A program made the position numbers and the translations under genes. A DNA stretch of 47,647 bases from Patescibacteria group bacterium (GTDB lineage: Bacteria; Patescibacteriota; Minisyncoccia; Phycocordibacterales; Phycocordibacteraceae): the NCBI GenBank assembly GCA_038057055.1, contig JBBUDY010000002.1, positions 1-47,647 of the forward strand, written 5' to 3'. The notes under the pieces are model-generated. The model was not told the origin of the DNA. It ran no database searches and saw only the letters and a program-made list of their open reading frames with translations. Below are positions 10,413 through 21,207 of this stretch, piece by piece. Position 1 is the stretch's first letter. Each line of letters starts with the position of its first letter.

Positions 10413-11545
10413 AAGGCGAGAGTAAAGGATTTTTCATCAGAAAATCCGTAGTCGTTTGCGACGTAGAGGGACATCGGTATTGTTATTTCCCCATTTGTGA
10501 TGATCTTGGCGTATTCTCGATAACTCTCGGGAGCGAGTTCTACCGTGAGTGTTGTGCCGTCTGGCGAGGGAACGTCGGTAAATTTTTGTTGTGTGGTGAC
10601 GACGACATTACCTTGGGGCGTGAAGCCAGAACCGATGATTGTGAGGATGCCGCCATAGGGAACAGTCGTGGGGGAGATGCTCTGTAGATGCACCGATGGA
10701 TTCTTTGGGTCAGTGATAACGAACATTTTTGTATTAGAGACCACCCCCCCTGTCTTCACCGCAATGTCGTAGAGACCGGGGGGAATAGGTGGTACGACAA
10801 ATATGAAACTCTCCGGAGTACTCTTCAGTAGGGTACGGACGATGTACGTACTTCCAAAGTAGAGTGCGCTTTGTGTCGAAAGACCAGAATGGGTAATGGA
10901 AACATAGGCACCAGAGGGACCGGTTTTCGGCGCTGGTACCCCGATTAGAATACTCGGCACATCAGTCGGCCGTATGGTAGGTAATGTGATTGTTGCCGTG
11001 CTTCTCGAGATAGCGCGAGACGCGAGTTCCTTGTTGAGAGCGGAATACATTTTATCTTTGGCGTTCGCCAGCATTTTGTCCCCCACATAAATGTCAATTT
11101 TCTCTTTGTCTTTTACCGTATAGCCCGCTAATGAGGAGGTGGGAGTTGAAGGGGGGGTGGTGACCGAAGGAATTTCATTCTTCGTGCTTGCGGTACGTGC
11201 AGAAAGAGTGTTCAGTTTCGCTCGGGTGTATGAGCCGACACGCCCCGTACCTTTTGTGAGACCAGCTGGTACTAAGACCTCACTTGCGTATTTCTCTTGG
11301 AATCGGATAACTGCCGCTTTTGTGAGTTGCCCAAAATGATCCGTTTCGTTTCCCGGAGAACCGGAACCCGTGACCGCAATGCGGGTATCAGGATCTTGGT
11401 TTAGTATTTTTTGCAGCGCGATAACCTGTGGTCCGGAAGAGCCGAGTGAGAGATTCGTGGTAAATACATCCGTCTGCGCGTTTGCGTGTAGTGTATATGA
11501 AAGTAAGAGAAGAATAGTCAAGAAAGAGAGAAACGAGATACGCAT
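10409..11545 (-). CDS. Secreted peptidoglycan-binding domain plus IPT/TIG-like protein
   Basis: Signal peptide (ANA), PG-binding NLSLGSSGPQVIALQKILN...FGQLTKAAVIRFQ, and an IPT-like SISPTTVPYGGILTIIGSGFT. Confidence 0.8.
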   Translation of the reverse strand: MRISFLSFLTILLLLSYTLHANAQTDVFTTNLSLGSSGPQVIALQKILNQDPDTRIAVTGSGSPGNETDHFGQLTKAAVIRFQEKYASEVLVPAGLTKGTGRVGSYTRAKLNTLSARTASTKNEIPSVTTPPSTPTSSLAGYTVKDKEKIDIYVGDKMLANAKDKMYSALNKELASRAISRSTATITLPTIRPTDVPSILIGVPAPKTGPSGAYVSITHSGLSTQSALYFGSTYIVRTLLKSTPESFIFVVPPIPPGLYDIAVKTGGVVSNTKMFVITDPKNPSVHLQSISPTTVPYGGILTIIGSGFTPQGNVVVTTQQKFTDVPSPDGTTLTVELAPESYREYAKIITNGEITIPMSLYVANDYGFSDEKSFTLAL

Positions 11546-11615
11546 ACACACAGGATATCATGCTGTAGATAACACCTTAATCGAGCGTACGGGACTGCTA
11601 TACTCACCGTATAGT

Positions 11616-12635
11616 ATGGGGCAGATTCTGCGACATTGGCGAATACTGGCTGCGACACTTTTTTCAGTGGTACTGATTGCTGGCGTGTATGTGCTTGCAC
11701 GCGGCATCGAGTCACCGTCTCTTGCACAAGCGTCGGCAGAAACGGCACTTCTGCGGGCGATTGCAACGCGGGATTCAACCGGCGATGGGCTCCCCGACTG
11801 GCAGAAAGTGCTGTATGGCATCCCGCTTACCAGCACGACGACTGATTATTTCAATCTCGGTATGACCGACGGCGAGGCGGTTGCGAAAGGTCTCATCGTG
11901 CCGAAGGCGATTGCTGATATTTCTATTGATACGTCTTCTGGCAAAGCAGTGAGTGACCCTTCATTCCCTCCGGCGGGAGAAGGATCGCTCACTGAAGCGT
12001 TCGCGAAGAGTTTCTTTATGCTCTATGTGAATGCAAAGCAGGCAAGCGGTGGCACTGAACTTTCTGCGAGTCAGGTGAATGATCTCGCCACCCAGTCATT
12101 GGACTCACTCTCGGAACTGGTATCTCTTGCGCCGGACTATAAATCTATGAGTGATCTGACGGTCTCTGGTTCTGGCAGTGATGCACTTCGGGCATTTGCC
12201 GCGAGTATTGATGCGGTCATTTTGAAGAATAAGAAAATGAGCGATGCGACAAAAAGTGACATTTTGTATTTGCAGGATGTGCTAGAGAGAAATGATGTAA
12301 CCGCGCTCCCGCACATCGCTTCGATAGCGAAGATGTATCGAGACTCTGCTGCCGGACTTGCCATACTCCCCGTGCCGAGCGAGCTCGCGCCTGATTATCT
12401 TGCACTCGTGAATGCAATGATGCGTGCAAGCGGGATAGCGAGCGACTTCGCCCGGGTGAACACTGACGCACTCGCAGCGATGCTCGCACTCAATCAATAT
12501 GCATCGGTCAATCACGCAGTGAATCAGGCGTTTGGCAACATGGGTGCTCTTTATGCGGCGGCTGGGGTAACCCTCTCTGCCGGAGAGCCGGGCGCGCTCT
12601 TTCTGCAGACTATCAATCTGTTTCGCACGCCATGA
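11616..12635 (+). CDS. Membrane-anchored hypothetical protein with a DxxGDGLPDW Ca-binding-like motif
   Basis: N-terminal TM, RDSTGDGLPDWQK, helical C-region. The gene overlaps the next one (ATGA). Confidence 0.7.
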   Translation: MGQILRHWRILAATLFSVVLIAGVYVLARGIESPSLAQASAETALLRAIATRDSTGDGLPDWQKVLYGIPLTSTTTDYFNLGMTDGEAVAKGLIVPKAIADISIDTSSGKAVSDPSFPPAGEGSLTEAFAKSFFMLYVNAKQASGGTELSASQVNDLATQSLDSLSELVSLAPDYKSMSDLTVSGSGSDALRAFAASIDAVILKNKKMSDATKSDILYLQDVLERNDVTALPHIASIAKMYRDSAAGLAILPVPSELAPDYLALVNAMMRASGIASDFARVNTDALAAMLALNQYASVNHAVNQAFGNMGALYAAAGVTLSAGEPGALFLQTINLFRTP

Positions 12636-14260
12636 GTAGTAAATTTCTTACTGCGTCACTCGCGATATTGCTCGTCATCGCGCTCGTCGTGCCCGCAACC
12701 TTTTTTATCGCGCCGCAGAGAGTATCTGCGGATGGTCCTCCCGCGTGTACGGGAGGGGTTATTGCTGGCCTGGCTGCCCTTTTTAGTCTTATAAAGGTTC
12801 CGACAGGTGATGCAATCACCGCAGCTGCGAGCACGGCTACTGGAGTGGCGACTATTGAACAATGTCTAAATGAGATGGTACTAAAGCCGGCGATACGCGC
12901 GATGGTACGTATGGTTTTGCAACAGTTCACCAAGACGGTGGTTGATTGGATTAATGGTGCAAATACAAGCGGCCAGCCGAGCTTTGTGCAGAGCCTCGCG
13001 AGGCATATGCAAGCTCTTGGAGACGCCATCACGATGCCCTTCATTAACCAGGTCAGAACGATGTTGAGCCCACAATTCGGTGCGGCTATCGCCTCGTCGC
13101 TATTGATGAATTATGCCAAACAGAGCAGTATTGGCGGTTTCCTCGCAGGGAATCAGAGTACGCTCGGGCGCTTCTCACAAAACCCAAATGCCTTCCTCGC
13201 GGGCGACTGGTCGAAGGGCGGTACTTCTGCATGGTTCGCGCTCACAACCCAGAATAACAATAATCCCTACCTACTTGCACAGGCGGCGCAGAGCCAACTT
13301 GGTGGCTTATTGGGTCAAGCGCAGACCAATCGGCGACAAGATCTCACACAATCAAATGGCTTCCTGTCGTTTTGTGGTCCTGATACTACTACTGCTCCAG
13401 CTGAACCAACTGAGGAAGAACTCGTTGCCGCGCAAGGAAGTGATTTCTACCAAAATGATCCAGACATTGCCGCGGCCGGAGTCAGTCCATCGGTCCCTTG
13501 TCGGAATCGAGATGGCACAGAGGGGAAGGCTGTCACGCCCGGCATCGCTATCCAGCAGTACACCCAGCAGTTGCTGAGTGCAGACGTCGCACAGTACATC
13601 GACCCGAGAGAAATCGATGCGGCGTTCGGCATTATTCTACAGACGGCCGTGAACGTAGGTATTAAGGGCATCACCACGGGTCTCTTCGACGTCTCGGGGA
13701 CGTCGAGCCTCCGACCAATGTCGATTACAAATATGCAGTACAACACGGCGACCAACAATCTCGGTGCGCAGACAGCTGCGAACACGACGGCACAATCGAA
13801 GCTTGCGCAAGTCGCAGAATATTCAGCGGCGTGGACTACCATCGCGAACGCAGCGGTCGCCGCGCGAGACCAAGTAACCGCGCTCAAACAGAGCTGCCAG
13901 AGCCAAGCGGGTGCAGCAGACGCAGTGCTGAATGGCAAAATAAATCCCGTGATTAATCAGGCGCAGGTAGCACTCAGCACTGCCGCAAGCACTAAAGCAT
14001 TTGCGCAGCAGGTCCAACAGAACATCACGGGCGGCTCAAATTCATTAGGTCAGGACACCGCGACGCTTGCGGCGCTGCCGCCTTCAGCCGCTGAAGTGAC
14101 GAGCGCAAAAGCGAATGCAGCGACGACTCCTGCTCCTGGCGGCGCGACGGCGGACTCGTCGAATCCGCTCTCGGTCTCTGGCGGCACGACCGTCGACCAG
14201 ATGAATCTCATCAATGGGAATGCGCAACAGTTGAGAGCATTGCCGTGTCCGACACCTTAA
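12632..14260 (+). CDS. Secreted or membrane-anchored helical hypothetical protein
   Basis: Signal or TM segment, VVDWINGANTSGQPSFV, paired Cys, Ala/Gln-rich helices. Co-oriented operon. Confidence 0.7.
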   Translation: MSSKFLTASLAILLVIALVVPATFFIAPQRVSADGPPACTGGVIAGLAALFSLIKVPTGDAITAAASTATGVATIEQCLNEMVLKPAIRAMVRMVLQQFTKTVVDWINGANTSGQPSFVQSLARHMQALGDAITMPFINQVRTMLSPQFGAAIASSLLMNYAKQSSIGGFLAGNQSTLGRFSQNPNAFLAGDWSKGGTSAWFALTTQNNNNPYLLAQAAQSQLGGLLGQAQTNRRQDLTQSNGFLSFCGPDTTTAPAEPTEEELVAAQGSDFYQNDPDIAAAGVSPSVPCRNRDGTEGKAVTPGIAIQQYTQQLLSADVAQYIDPREIDAAFGIILQTAVNVGIKGITTGLFDVSGTSSLRPMSITNMQYNTATNNLGAQTAANTTAQSKLAQVAEYSAAWTTIANAAVAARDQVTALKQSCQSQAGAADAVLNGKINPVINQAQVALSTAASTKAFAQQVQQNITGGSNSLGQDTATLAALPPSAAEVTSAKANAATTPAPGGATADSSNPLSVSGGTTVDQMNLINGNAQQLRALPCPTP

Positions 14261-14261
14261 T

Positions 14262-16496
14262 ATGCGACGATTCTTCTCTGTCTCGTTCATCCTCCTCGCA
14301 CTTGTCATAAGTGCAGCCGGTGCAGCACCGGCTGCGCAGGCAGAAGAATGTTCAGATCCAACTCCTTTTGCCGACGTTGCTGGTGATTGTCATGCCACGC
14401 AAGCAGAAGCTGATGAAATCAATGCACTAATCGAGGAACAAGGGGGTGCTTTTTTCGAAGAAGATCCAACCATTGTTGCTGGGGTTGCACAAAATGCAGC
14501 AGCAGTGGAGGCAGCAGAAAAATCGACAGCTCCCCCCGGAAGCTCCCCTGACGACGGCTACAACAGCATCATGATGAAAATCATGCAGCTCTTCGCGTGG
14601 CTCGTCGGCGCCGCGATGCTCACGCTTAATTATGCGGCATACTATACCGTTATTACGATGGGGCAATTGGTGAAAAATTTTGAAGCTATTGGCCTTACCT
14701 GGGAGATCCTCCGCGACATCGGCAACATCTTTCTTATATTCGGTTTCCTCGCCGTGGGTATCACTACTATCTTGAGTGTAGATTGGTATGGGGGCGGCAA
14801 GAAGATGCTCCCAATGATGCTCATTGCTGCTATCTTCCTCAATTTCTCGCTCTTTATCACCGAGGCGGTGATTGATGTCGGGAATCTTTTTGCGACACAA
14901 TTGTATACGCAGATTAATGGCGGTACACCTATCACTGCAATTGGATCTTTAAATAATGAGGGAATTGCTGGGAAGATTATGTCCCAGCTCGGACTCACAA
15001 AAATTTATGGTGATGCGAAGAGGGGTGATCGTGAACAAATACTTACCGGTAGTTCCCCATGGATTATCGGTTTTATGGGCATCTTGCTCTTCATTGTCCT
15101 GGCATTCGTGCTGTTCTCGCTCGCCTTTATGCTCATCGCACGTTTTGTCATACTCGTGTATCTCATTATTTTGTCGCCGATTGCATTTGCAGGCTTCGCC
15201 GTGCCCCAGCTCGCCGGGAAATCAAAGCAGTGGTGGGACAAGCTCGTTGAGCAGACCATTACCGCACCCATTCTATTCCTCCTTCTCTATATAGCCCTCC
15301 GTATTATTACCGCGACGCAATTCCTCACTGGCTTCAACCGTGGTGGTGGTACAGATGCTGACTGGCTTGGGACCATAGGTTCCACAAATGTAGGCGGGTT
15401 TGCATCAATCTTTCTCTCCTTCCTGGTCGCGATGGGATTTCTTATCATGGTTGTTATTCAGGCGAAAAATCTCGGCGCCGCTGGCGCTGGTGCCGTGATG
15501 AATGTCGCGAATGCCGCGAAGTCTGGCGCGACCAGATTTGCGATGAGTTCTGCCAAATTTGCAGGCCGTGGAGCGCTCGGTGTCGGGCGGTGGGGGGTAA
15601 ATAGATCAGTTGGAAGAGGTCTCCACGAAGCTTCGCAAGGTATGATGCGAAACTACGGCAATACCCAGCTTGGACGACTTGCAGCGACCGCGCTAGGCGC
15701 GGGTGGAAAGGGCTTTAAAGAAGCAAAAGAGAAGTCTGTCAAGAAGCATGAAGAATATAGGGATAATGTCGCTAAGGCTCTTGAGGCGAAACACGCACCA
15801 GCCATTGCAAATGCACAACTGAAGCGAGCGGCTGCAGAGGAAGCTGCAAAACCAAAGATGGAAGCAGTAAAGGTAGCAAAAAGTGAGAAGGAAGCCGTAG
15901 AAAAGAAAGCGAAGCCAGCACAGGATGAAGTAAAACGTCTTGAAAAGGTGGTGGCTGATAACAGGAAGAATAATACATACGACCCAGCGGCAATTGAGGC
16001 TCTAAAAAAAGCACAAACAGCTGTAGCTCCTATTGAAGATGAATTAAAGAGAGCAGATGAAAAAGTTAAAGTAGCAGAAGCTGCAGTAGCGACAGATCCT
16101 GCTCTTGCTGCAGCGCAAAAAGAAGAAAAAGCAGCAACTGATGCTCTCGCAAAGGCGAAGAGAGAAGCGGCGGTTGCTTATGGAGAAAACGCACGGACGG
16201 GAATGACGGATAAGTTGAATCCATTTACGTGGATTGCGGCTGGTCCAGGTGGCTCTGCAGCTGGGAATAAAATTATTAAAGATACGCTCAAGACCATGAC
16301 CGATGTCGAAAAGTCCATGAAAGTGCTCAAAGATGCATGGGAGAAAGAAGCCAAAGCCGCAGATAAATCCACTGCGGCAAGCCAGAAGGCAGAAAGCGAA
16401 AAAGAAAAACTTGCAGCAGCAACGGCAAGAGAAACAGCAGCAACAGCAACAGCAACGGCTGCATCAGCGGCGTCAGCATCGCCACCAGCCTCCTAA
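14262..16496 (+). CDS. Polytopic membrane protein, VirB6/TrbL-like, with coiled-coil tail
   Basis: Signal peptide, about 7 TM segments (WEILRDIGNIFLIF, LNFSLFITEAVID, ARFVILVYLIILSPIAF..P..KQWWDKL), Gly/Ala-rich linker and Lys/Ala/Glu coiled coil. Family assignment is by motif resemblance. Confidence 0.65.
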   Translation: MRRFFSVSFILLALVISAAGAAPAAQAEECSDPTPFADVAGDCHATQAEADEINALIEEQGGAFFEEDPTIVAGVAQNAAAVEAAEKSTAPPGSSPDDGYNSIMMKIMQLFAWLVGAAMLTLNYAAYYTVITMGQLVKNFEAIGLTWEILRDIGNIFLIFGFLAVGITTILSVDWYGGGKKMLPMMLIAAIFLNFSLFITEAVIDVGNLFATQLYTQINGGTPITAIGSLNNEGIAGKIMSQLGLTKIYGDAKRGDREQILTGSSPWIIGFMGILLFIVLAFVLFSLAFMLIARFVILVYLIILSPIAFAGFAVPQLAGKSKQWWDKLVEQTITAPILFLLLYIALRIITATQFLTGFNRGGGTDADWLGTIGSTNVGGFASIFLSFLVAMGFLIMVVIQAKNLGAAGAGAVMNVANAAKSGATRFAMSSAKFAGRGALGVGRWGVNRSVGRGLHEASQGMMRNYGNTQLGRLAATALGAGGKGFKEAKEKSVKKHEEYRDNVAKALEAKHAPAIANAQLKRAAAEEAAKPKMEAVKVAKSEKEAVEKKAKPAQDEVKRLEKVVADNRKNNTYDPAAIEALKKAQTAVAPIEDELKRADEKVKVAEAAVATDPALAAAQKEEKAATDALAKAKREAAVAYGENARTGMTDKLNPFTWIAAGPGGSAAGNKIIKDTLKTMTDVEKSMKVLKDAWEKEAKAADKSTAASQKAESEKEKLAAATARETAATATATAASAASASPPAS

Positions 16497-16503
16497 TTGA
16501 ACT

Positions 16504-17361
16504 ATGAATCAAGACCAATCCACTCTTACGTTCGATGAAAGTGTCGCACAGGTGATGCGAGCTCTGCCACCGGTTATACGTGACTATCTCGTACAGGGGA
16601 AGTCCACGGTGATAGCAAAAAGTTTGATTGCTCGATACGGTCTCCGTGTCGACCAGGGAGGGGTGCTCGAACGAGAGATTATGCTGCTTCTCATGGGCAT
16701 CGAGAGCCCAGAGGAATTCACACAAGCGCTCACTGAAGAGGCAAAGCTCCCTCAACAAACAGTCAGTCTTCTCATGCAGGAGGTGAACACGCAAATTTTT
16801 ATTCCACTGCGCGAACAAATACGAAGTGGGGGAGTGGTGCAGCCCCAAAAGTCCGCGGCGACGTCTGCGGCGCCGCGACCAACTGCTCCGATGCCAATGC
16901 GACCAGTGAGCATACCGATACCAAAATATTATGCACCCCCGCCGCAGTCTCCGGCCTACTTCCGTCCAGATAACAAGCCTACTCCTTCTCCGCTCGTTTC
17001 TAACATTGCACCCTTGCCGCCGAAGGTGGTGATGCCGCGCGTTCCTGGGGCCCCTAGCGTAGAAGCACCTCTCGTTCTTAATGGCGGAGGTCAAGCGTCT
17101 GTAAACTTGATTGAACCTAAACCAGAAATTCATCACGAGCTCCCGCCTCCGCCTCCTGTTCCCGCTCCGCTTACACCTCCAACCCCACCCATTCCACCAG
17201 TTCCTGCGGAGACACCACTGCGACAAGCACTCCGAGCTGTGGCGCCTCAAGATCTCTCGGGCGCGATGCCACCCCCCGACATTATTCCATCAGCTCCCAA
17301 AAAAATAGTTCCACCTCCCAGCACAAGTGGTGTTGACCCATATCGAGAGCCGATTGAATAG
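16504..17361 (+). CDS. Hypothetical protein with helical N-domain, Pro-rich linker and C-terminal DPYREPIE
   Basis: 285-aa ORF in the same operon, with a Pro-rich low-complexity region. Confidence 0.75.
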   Translation: MNQDQSTLTFDESVAQVMRALPPVIRDYLVQGKSTVIAKSLIARYGLRVDQGGVLEREIMLLLMGIESPEEFTQALTEEAKLPQQTVSLLMQEVNTQIFIPLREQIRSGGVVQPQKSAATSAAPRPTAPMPMRPVSIPIPKYYAPPPQSPAYFRPDNKPTPSPLVSNIAPLPPKVVMPRVPGAPSVEAPLVLNGGGQASVNLIEPKPEIHHELPPPPPVPAPLTPPTPPIPPVPAETPLRQALRAVAPQDLSGAMPPPDIIPSAPKKIVPPPSTSGVDPYREPIE

Positions 17362-17381
17362 CCCGATTGTAAGCGTCAGAG

Positions 17382-17410
17382 TTGCATTCCCCGCACTATT
17401 CCTTTATATT
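17382..17410 (+). promoter_or_regulatory. Promoter of the str operon
   Basis: TTGCAT-17 nt-TATATT upstream of rpsL. Confidence 0.6.
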
Positions 17411-17427
17411 AAGCCCTGACCCTCGCG

Positions 17428-17445
17428 CCTGCCTGCGCAGGCAGG
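17428..17445. repeat. Palindromic element family A in the rpsL leader
   Basis: Perfect palindrome CCTGCCTGCGCAGGCAGG. Confidence 0.85.
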
Positions 17446-17461
17446 GGTCTTCTTTTTCTAA

Positions 17462-17875
17462 ATGTCCACCATCAATCAGCTCTCCAAGAGAGGGCGCAAG
17501 AACAAATCAAGGAAGACAAGCGTGCCTGCTCTGGCGCGTGGTTTTAATGCGCTCTCGAATCGCCCTACTTTTTATCCTTCTCCCTTCAAGCGCGGTGTGT
17601 GTACGAAAGTGACAACGAAGACCCCGCGCAAGCCGAACTCCGCTATCCGCAAGATTGCTCGCGTACGCCTCACGAACGGCATGGAGGTGACGGCGTATAT
17701 CCCCGGCGAAGGGCACAACCTGCAGGAACACTCGGTGGTGATGCTTCGTGGCGGTCGCGTGAAGGACATCGGTGTCCAGTACACGATAGTGCGCGGCAAG
17801 CTCGACACAGGTGGTCTCGAGAAGCGCCGCACTGCGCGCTCGCGCTATGGCGCGAAGCGCCCGTCGGCAAAATAA
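17462..17875 (+). CDS. rpsL: 30S ribosomal protein S12
   Basis: [39 protein letters not shown]. Confidence 0.98.
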   Translation: MSTINQLSKRGRKNKSRKTSVPALARGFNALSNRPTFYPSPFKRGVCTKVTTKTPRKPNSAIRKIARVRLTNGMEVTAYIPGEGHNLQEHSVVMLRGGRVKDIGVQYTIVRGKLDTGGLEKRRTARSRYGAKRPSAK

Positions 17876-17876
17876 T

Positions 17877-18341
17877 ATGCGCCGACCACTGAAAAAGAAG
17901 CGTGTGTGGAGAGTCGACTTGAAATATGGTTCAGAGACTTTGACGCGTTTTATCAATGCAGTTATGTGGGACGGGAAGAAAGATACCGCGCGCGCTGTGG
18001 TCTATGATGCCCTCGCAGAAATTGAGAAGGGCGGCGCAAACCCGCTTGAGACATTTGAATCGGCGCTCCGCAACGTCTCGCCGCTTATGGAAGTGCGCTC
18101 GCGTCGCGTCGGTGGTGCGAACTATCAGGTACCGCGCGAAGTTCCGCAGAATCGCCGCCTTGCGCTCTCCTTCCGCTGGCTCATCACCGCTGCGCGCAAT
18201 AAGAAGGGCAAGCCGATGGCAGAAAAGCTCGCCGCCGAACTCCTCCTCGCTTCGAAAAACGAAGGCGACGCTATCAAGAAGAAAGACGAAATGCACCGCA
18301 TGGCCGACGCCAACAAGGCTTTCGCGCATTTTGCTTGGTAA
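17877..18341 (+). CDS. rpsG: 30S ribosomal protein S7
   Basis: EVRSRRVGGANYQVP, HRMADANKAFAHF. Confidence 0.98.
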   Translation: MRRPLKKKRVWRVDLKYGSETLTRFINAVMWDGKKDTARAVVYDALAEIEKGGANPLETFESALRNVSPLMEVRSRRVGGANYQVPREVPQNRRLALSFRWLITAARNKKGKPMAEKLAAELLLASKNEGDAIKKKDEMHRMADANKAFAHFAW

Positions 18342-18397
18342 TTTTGTAATCAAAATTGTCCCGAGCTTGTCGAGGGATTTTGTGTTATCCTGTTCGT

Positions 18398-18550
18398 ATG
18401 ACCAAGACACTCTCTAGAGTACCTCTTACAAAAGTCGCTCCGCGACGCGTTCTTCCTGCCAGCTGGACGCGCGCGGCAGGTCTTCTTCGTCTTCACAAGC
18501 AATCGCTTGTCAGACATGTTAAACACGTTCGTGCAGATTGGAGTCGGTGA
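18398..18550 (+). CDS. Putative VapB-like antitoxin (50 aa)
   Basis: Small ORF directly upstream of the PIN gene, with an AAGLL...VRADW pattern and a leaderless start after TATCCT. Confidence 0.6.
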   Translation: MTKTLSRVPLTKVAPRRVLPASWTRAAGLLRLHKQSLVRHVKHVRADWSR

Positions 18551-18552
18551 GC

Positions 18553-18924
18553 ATGACACTTGATACCAATATCATTATTGCGTATCTTGCTGGCGAATCG
18601 TCTATTGTTGATGCGCTTACACTTTTCAAAAATCAGGGAGGCGCATTACTCTTACCTACTATCGTCGAGGCCGAAGTGCTGTCGTTTTCAAAATGGTCCT
18701 CAGAGGAACGGGGAACGACCGAACGATTTCTTGAAGAAAATTTTGTCTCCATTCCGTGTGACCGAGTAGTCGCTCGTGTAGCATCTCGTCTACGTGCTTC
18801 ATCGCGCATCCGACTACCCGATGCGATTATTGCGGCAAGCGCACTTACTACGCGAACCCCACTTGTCACGCGAAACGTAAAGGATTTCAAGAATGTGACT
18901 CATCTCGATCTTTTGAAAATTTGA
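18553..18924 (+). CDS. vapC: VapC PIN-domain toxin
   Basis: LDTNIII, E in IVEAEVL, LPDAIIAASA, LVTRNVKDF. Confidence 0.9.
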   Translation: MTLDTNIIIAYLAGESSIVDALTLFKNQGGALLLPTIVEAEVLSFSKWSSEERGTTERFLEENFVSIPCDRVVARVASRLRASSRIRLPDAIIAASALTTRTPLVTRNVKDFKNVTHLDLLKI

Positions 18925-18993
18925 TTGCTTTTTCTCAACTTTCGGCTATTGTATGAGGAACGCCACGGCGCTTTTTATTTTTCTAAACCTTTT

Positions 18994-21141
18994 ATGAACA
19001 GAGACTATCCGCTCGAGAAGGTTCGCAATTTTGGCATCATCGCGCACATCGACGCGGGGAAGACGACTACGTCTGAACGCATCCTTTTCTATACCGGCAG
19101 TCAACACAAGATCGGTGAGGTGCACGAGGGCGAGACCACGACCGACTGGATGGAGCAGGAGCGCGAGCGTGGTATCACCATCACCGCTGCTGCCATCACC
19201 TGTTTCTGGACCAAGACAAATGAGAAAGATAAGAAAGATACGTCCAAGAAATATCGTTTCAATATCATCGACACCCCCGGACACATCGACTTCACCGCCG
19301 AGGTGAAGCGCTCGATGCGCGTCCTTGACGGCGCGATCGTCGTCTTCGACGGCGTCGCGGGCGTCGAGCCGCAAAGCGAGACCAACTGGCGTTATGCTGA
19401 CGAAGCTGCGGTGCCGCGTGTCTGTTTCATCAACAAGCTCGATCGCACGGGTGCGTCATTTGAGAGTTCCTATGCGAGCATCCTCGATCGACTCTCACCG
19501 AAGGCAATCCGTATGCAGATTCCTATCGGTGAAGAGGGAGCACATGAGGGCTGCGTCGACCTGCTCACGATGAAGGCATATACCTTCTCGGGGAACATGG
19601 GTGAAGAGGTGATCGAGGGCGAGATCCCGGCGAATCTGCTTGAAGACGCGAAGAAATATCGTGCGGCTCTCGTTGAGCGTATCGTCGAGCAAGACGACAC
19701 AGCAATGGGCGCGTATCTCGAAGGCACGGAGCCGAGTCTCGACGAATTGAAAGCGATTTTGCGTAAGGCAGTTATCAATAATGAAATTTTCCCGGTCTAC
19801 ACCGGCTCGGCGCTCAAGAACAAAGGCGTCCAGCTCGTGCTTGATGCCGTCGTCGACTACCTCCCATCCCCGCTCGATCTCAAACCAGCTACCGGCATAA
19901 ATCCTAAGACCGGCGAGCCAATTGAACGTCATGCAGCAGACGATGAGCCATTTTGTGCGCTTGCATTCAAACTCCAGACCGACCCATTCGTGGGCGCCCT
20001 CACCTTTTTCCGCGTGTATTCAGGCACGCTCACTGCCGGCTCGTATGTCTATAATTCGAGCACTAGCACGAAGGAGCGTATCAGTCGCATTGTTCGACTT
20101 CAGGCCGACAAGCGCGAGGAGGTTGAGAAAGTATTCACCGGTGAAATTGCTGCCGCGGTCGGCCTCAAAGATACCAAGACCTCACACACGCTCTGTGACG
20201 AAGCGAATCCGATTATGCTCGAGGAGATTAAGTTCCCCGAGCCAGTGGTGAGTCTCCGCATCGAGCCTAAGACCAAAGCCGACCAGGAGAAGATGGGTAT
20301 GGCGCTCCGCAAACTCTCTGACGAAGACCCGACGTTCCGCATTAAGACCGATGATGAGACCGGCGAGACTATCATCTCTGGTATGGGTGAATTGCATTTG
20401 GAAATTCTCGTTGACCGTATGAAGCGCGAATTCAATGTACTCGCTGATGTCGGCAAGCCACAAGTGGCGTATCGCGAGACGATTCTCGGAAGTGCAGAAG
20501 CAGAAGGAAAGTACATCAAGCAGACGGGTGGTCGCGGTCAGTATGGTCACGTGAAGATCCGTATGAAAAAGATGGAGCCAGTCGACCCGGACAAGAAGGT
20601 TTCAAAGAACGTCACGCGCGAAGATCATTTCGAATTCATCAACAACATCAAGGGCGGTGTCGTCCCCCAGGAATTTATCGCGCCGGTAGAAAAGGGAATT
20701 CGCGAGGCGATGGTACGCGGCTTTCTCGCTGGCTTCCCGATGGTCGACATTTCGGTTGACCTCTACGACGGCTCGTATCACGACGTGGACTCCTCCGAAA
20801 TCGCCTTCAAGATTGCAGCGTCAATGGCGTTTCAAGAAGCCGCGGGCAAGGCAAAGGCGGTTATCCTTGAGCCGATCATGCGCATCGAGGTCATCGTGCC
20901 AGAACAGTTCATGGGTGACATCACGGGCAATATCTCCGGCAAGCGCGGACAGATCGAGGGGATGGATGAGCGCGGTTTGAGCAAAGTCGTGCGCGCTAAA
21001 GTCCCGCTCTCTGAAATGTTCGGCTACACCACCACGCTCCGCAGTATGACCGAAGGTCGCGGCTCAATGACAATGGAATTCGACCACTACGACACCGTCC
21101 CCAACAACATCGCGGTGGATATTATCGCGAGTCGCAAATAG
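18994..21141 (+). CDS. fusA: Elongation factor G
   Basis: [37 protein letters not shown]. Confidence 0.98.
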   Translation: MNRDYPLEKVRNFGIIAHIDAGKTTTSERILFYTGSQHKIGEVHEGETTTDWMEQERERGITITAAAITCFWTKTNEKDKKDTSKKYRFNIIDTPGHIDFTAEVKRSMRVLDGAIVVFDGVAGVEPQSETNWRYADEAAVPRVCFINKLDRTGASFESSYASILDRLSPKAIRMQIPIGEEGAHEGCVDLLTMKAYTFSGNMGEEVIEGEIPANLLEDAKKYRAALVERIVEQDDTAMGAYLEGTEPSLDELKAILRKAVINNEIFPVYTGSALKNKGVQLVLDAVVDYLPSPLDLKPATGINPKTGEPIERHAADDEPFCALAFKLQTDPFVGALTFFRVYSGTLTAGSYVYNSSTSTKERISRIVRLQADKREEVEKVFTGEIAAAVGLKDTKTSHTLCDEANPIMLEEIKFPEPVVSLRIEPKTKADQEKMGMALRKLSDEDPTFRIKTDDETGETIISGMGELHLEILVDRMKREFNVLADVGKPQVAYRETILGSAEAEGKYIKQTGGRGQYGHVKIRMKKMEPVDPDKKVSKNVTREDHFEFINNIKGGVVPQEFIAPVEKGIREAMVRGFLAGFPMVDISVDLYDGSYHDVDSSEIAFKIAASMAFQEAAGKAKAVILEPIMRIEVIVPEQFMGDITGNISGKRGQIEGMDERGLSKVVRAKVPLSEMFGYTTTLRSMTEGRGSMTMEFDHYDTVPNNIAVDIIASRK

Positions 21142-21160
21142 TTTTTACTTCAGAAAATAG

Positions 21161-21189
21161 CAACGGCGAACCTTTCGGTTCGCCGCTTG
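21161..21189. terminator. Hairpin terminator after fusA
   Basis: GGCGAACC-TTTC-GGTTCGCC. Confidence 0.7.
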
Positions 21190-21207
21190 TGCCTTGAAGG
21201 GCTCGTT

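Noticed and set aside
16380-16496. GCA-rich quasi-repeat
   Set aside because: It reflects a low-complexity Ala/Thr coding tail, not a DNA repeat element.
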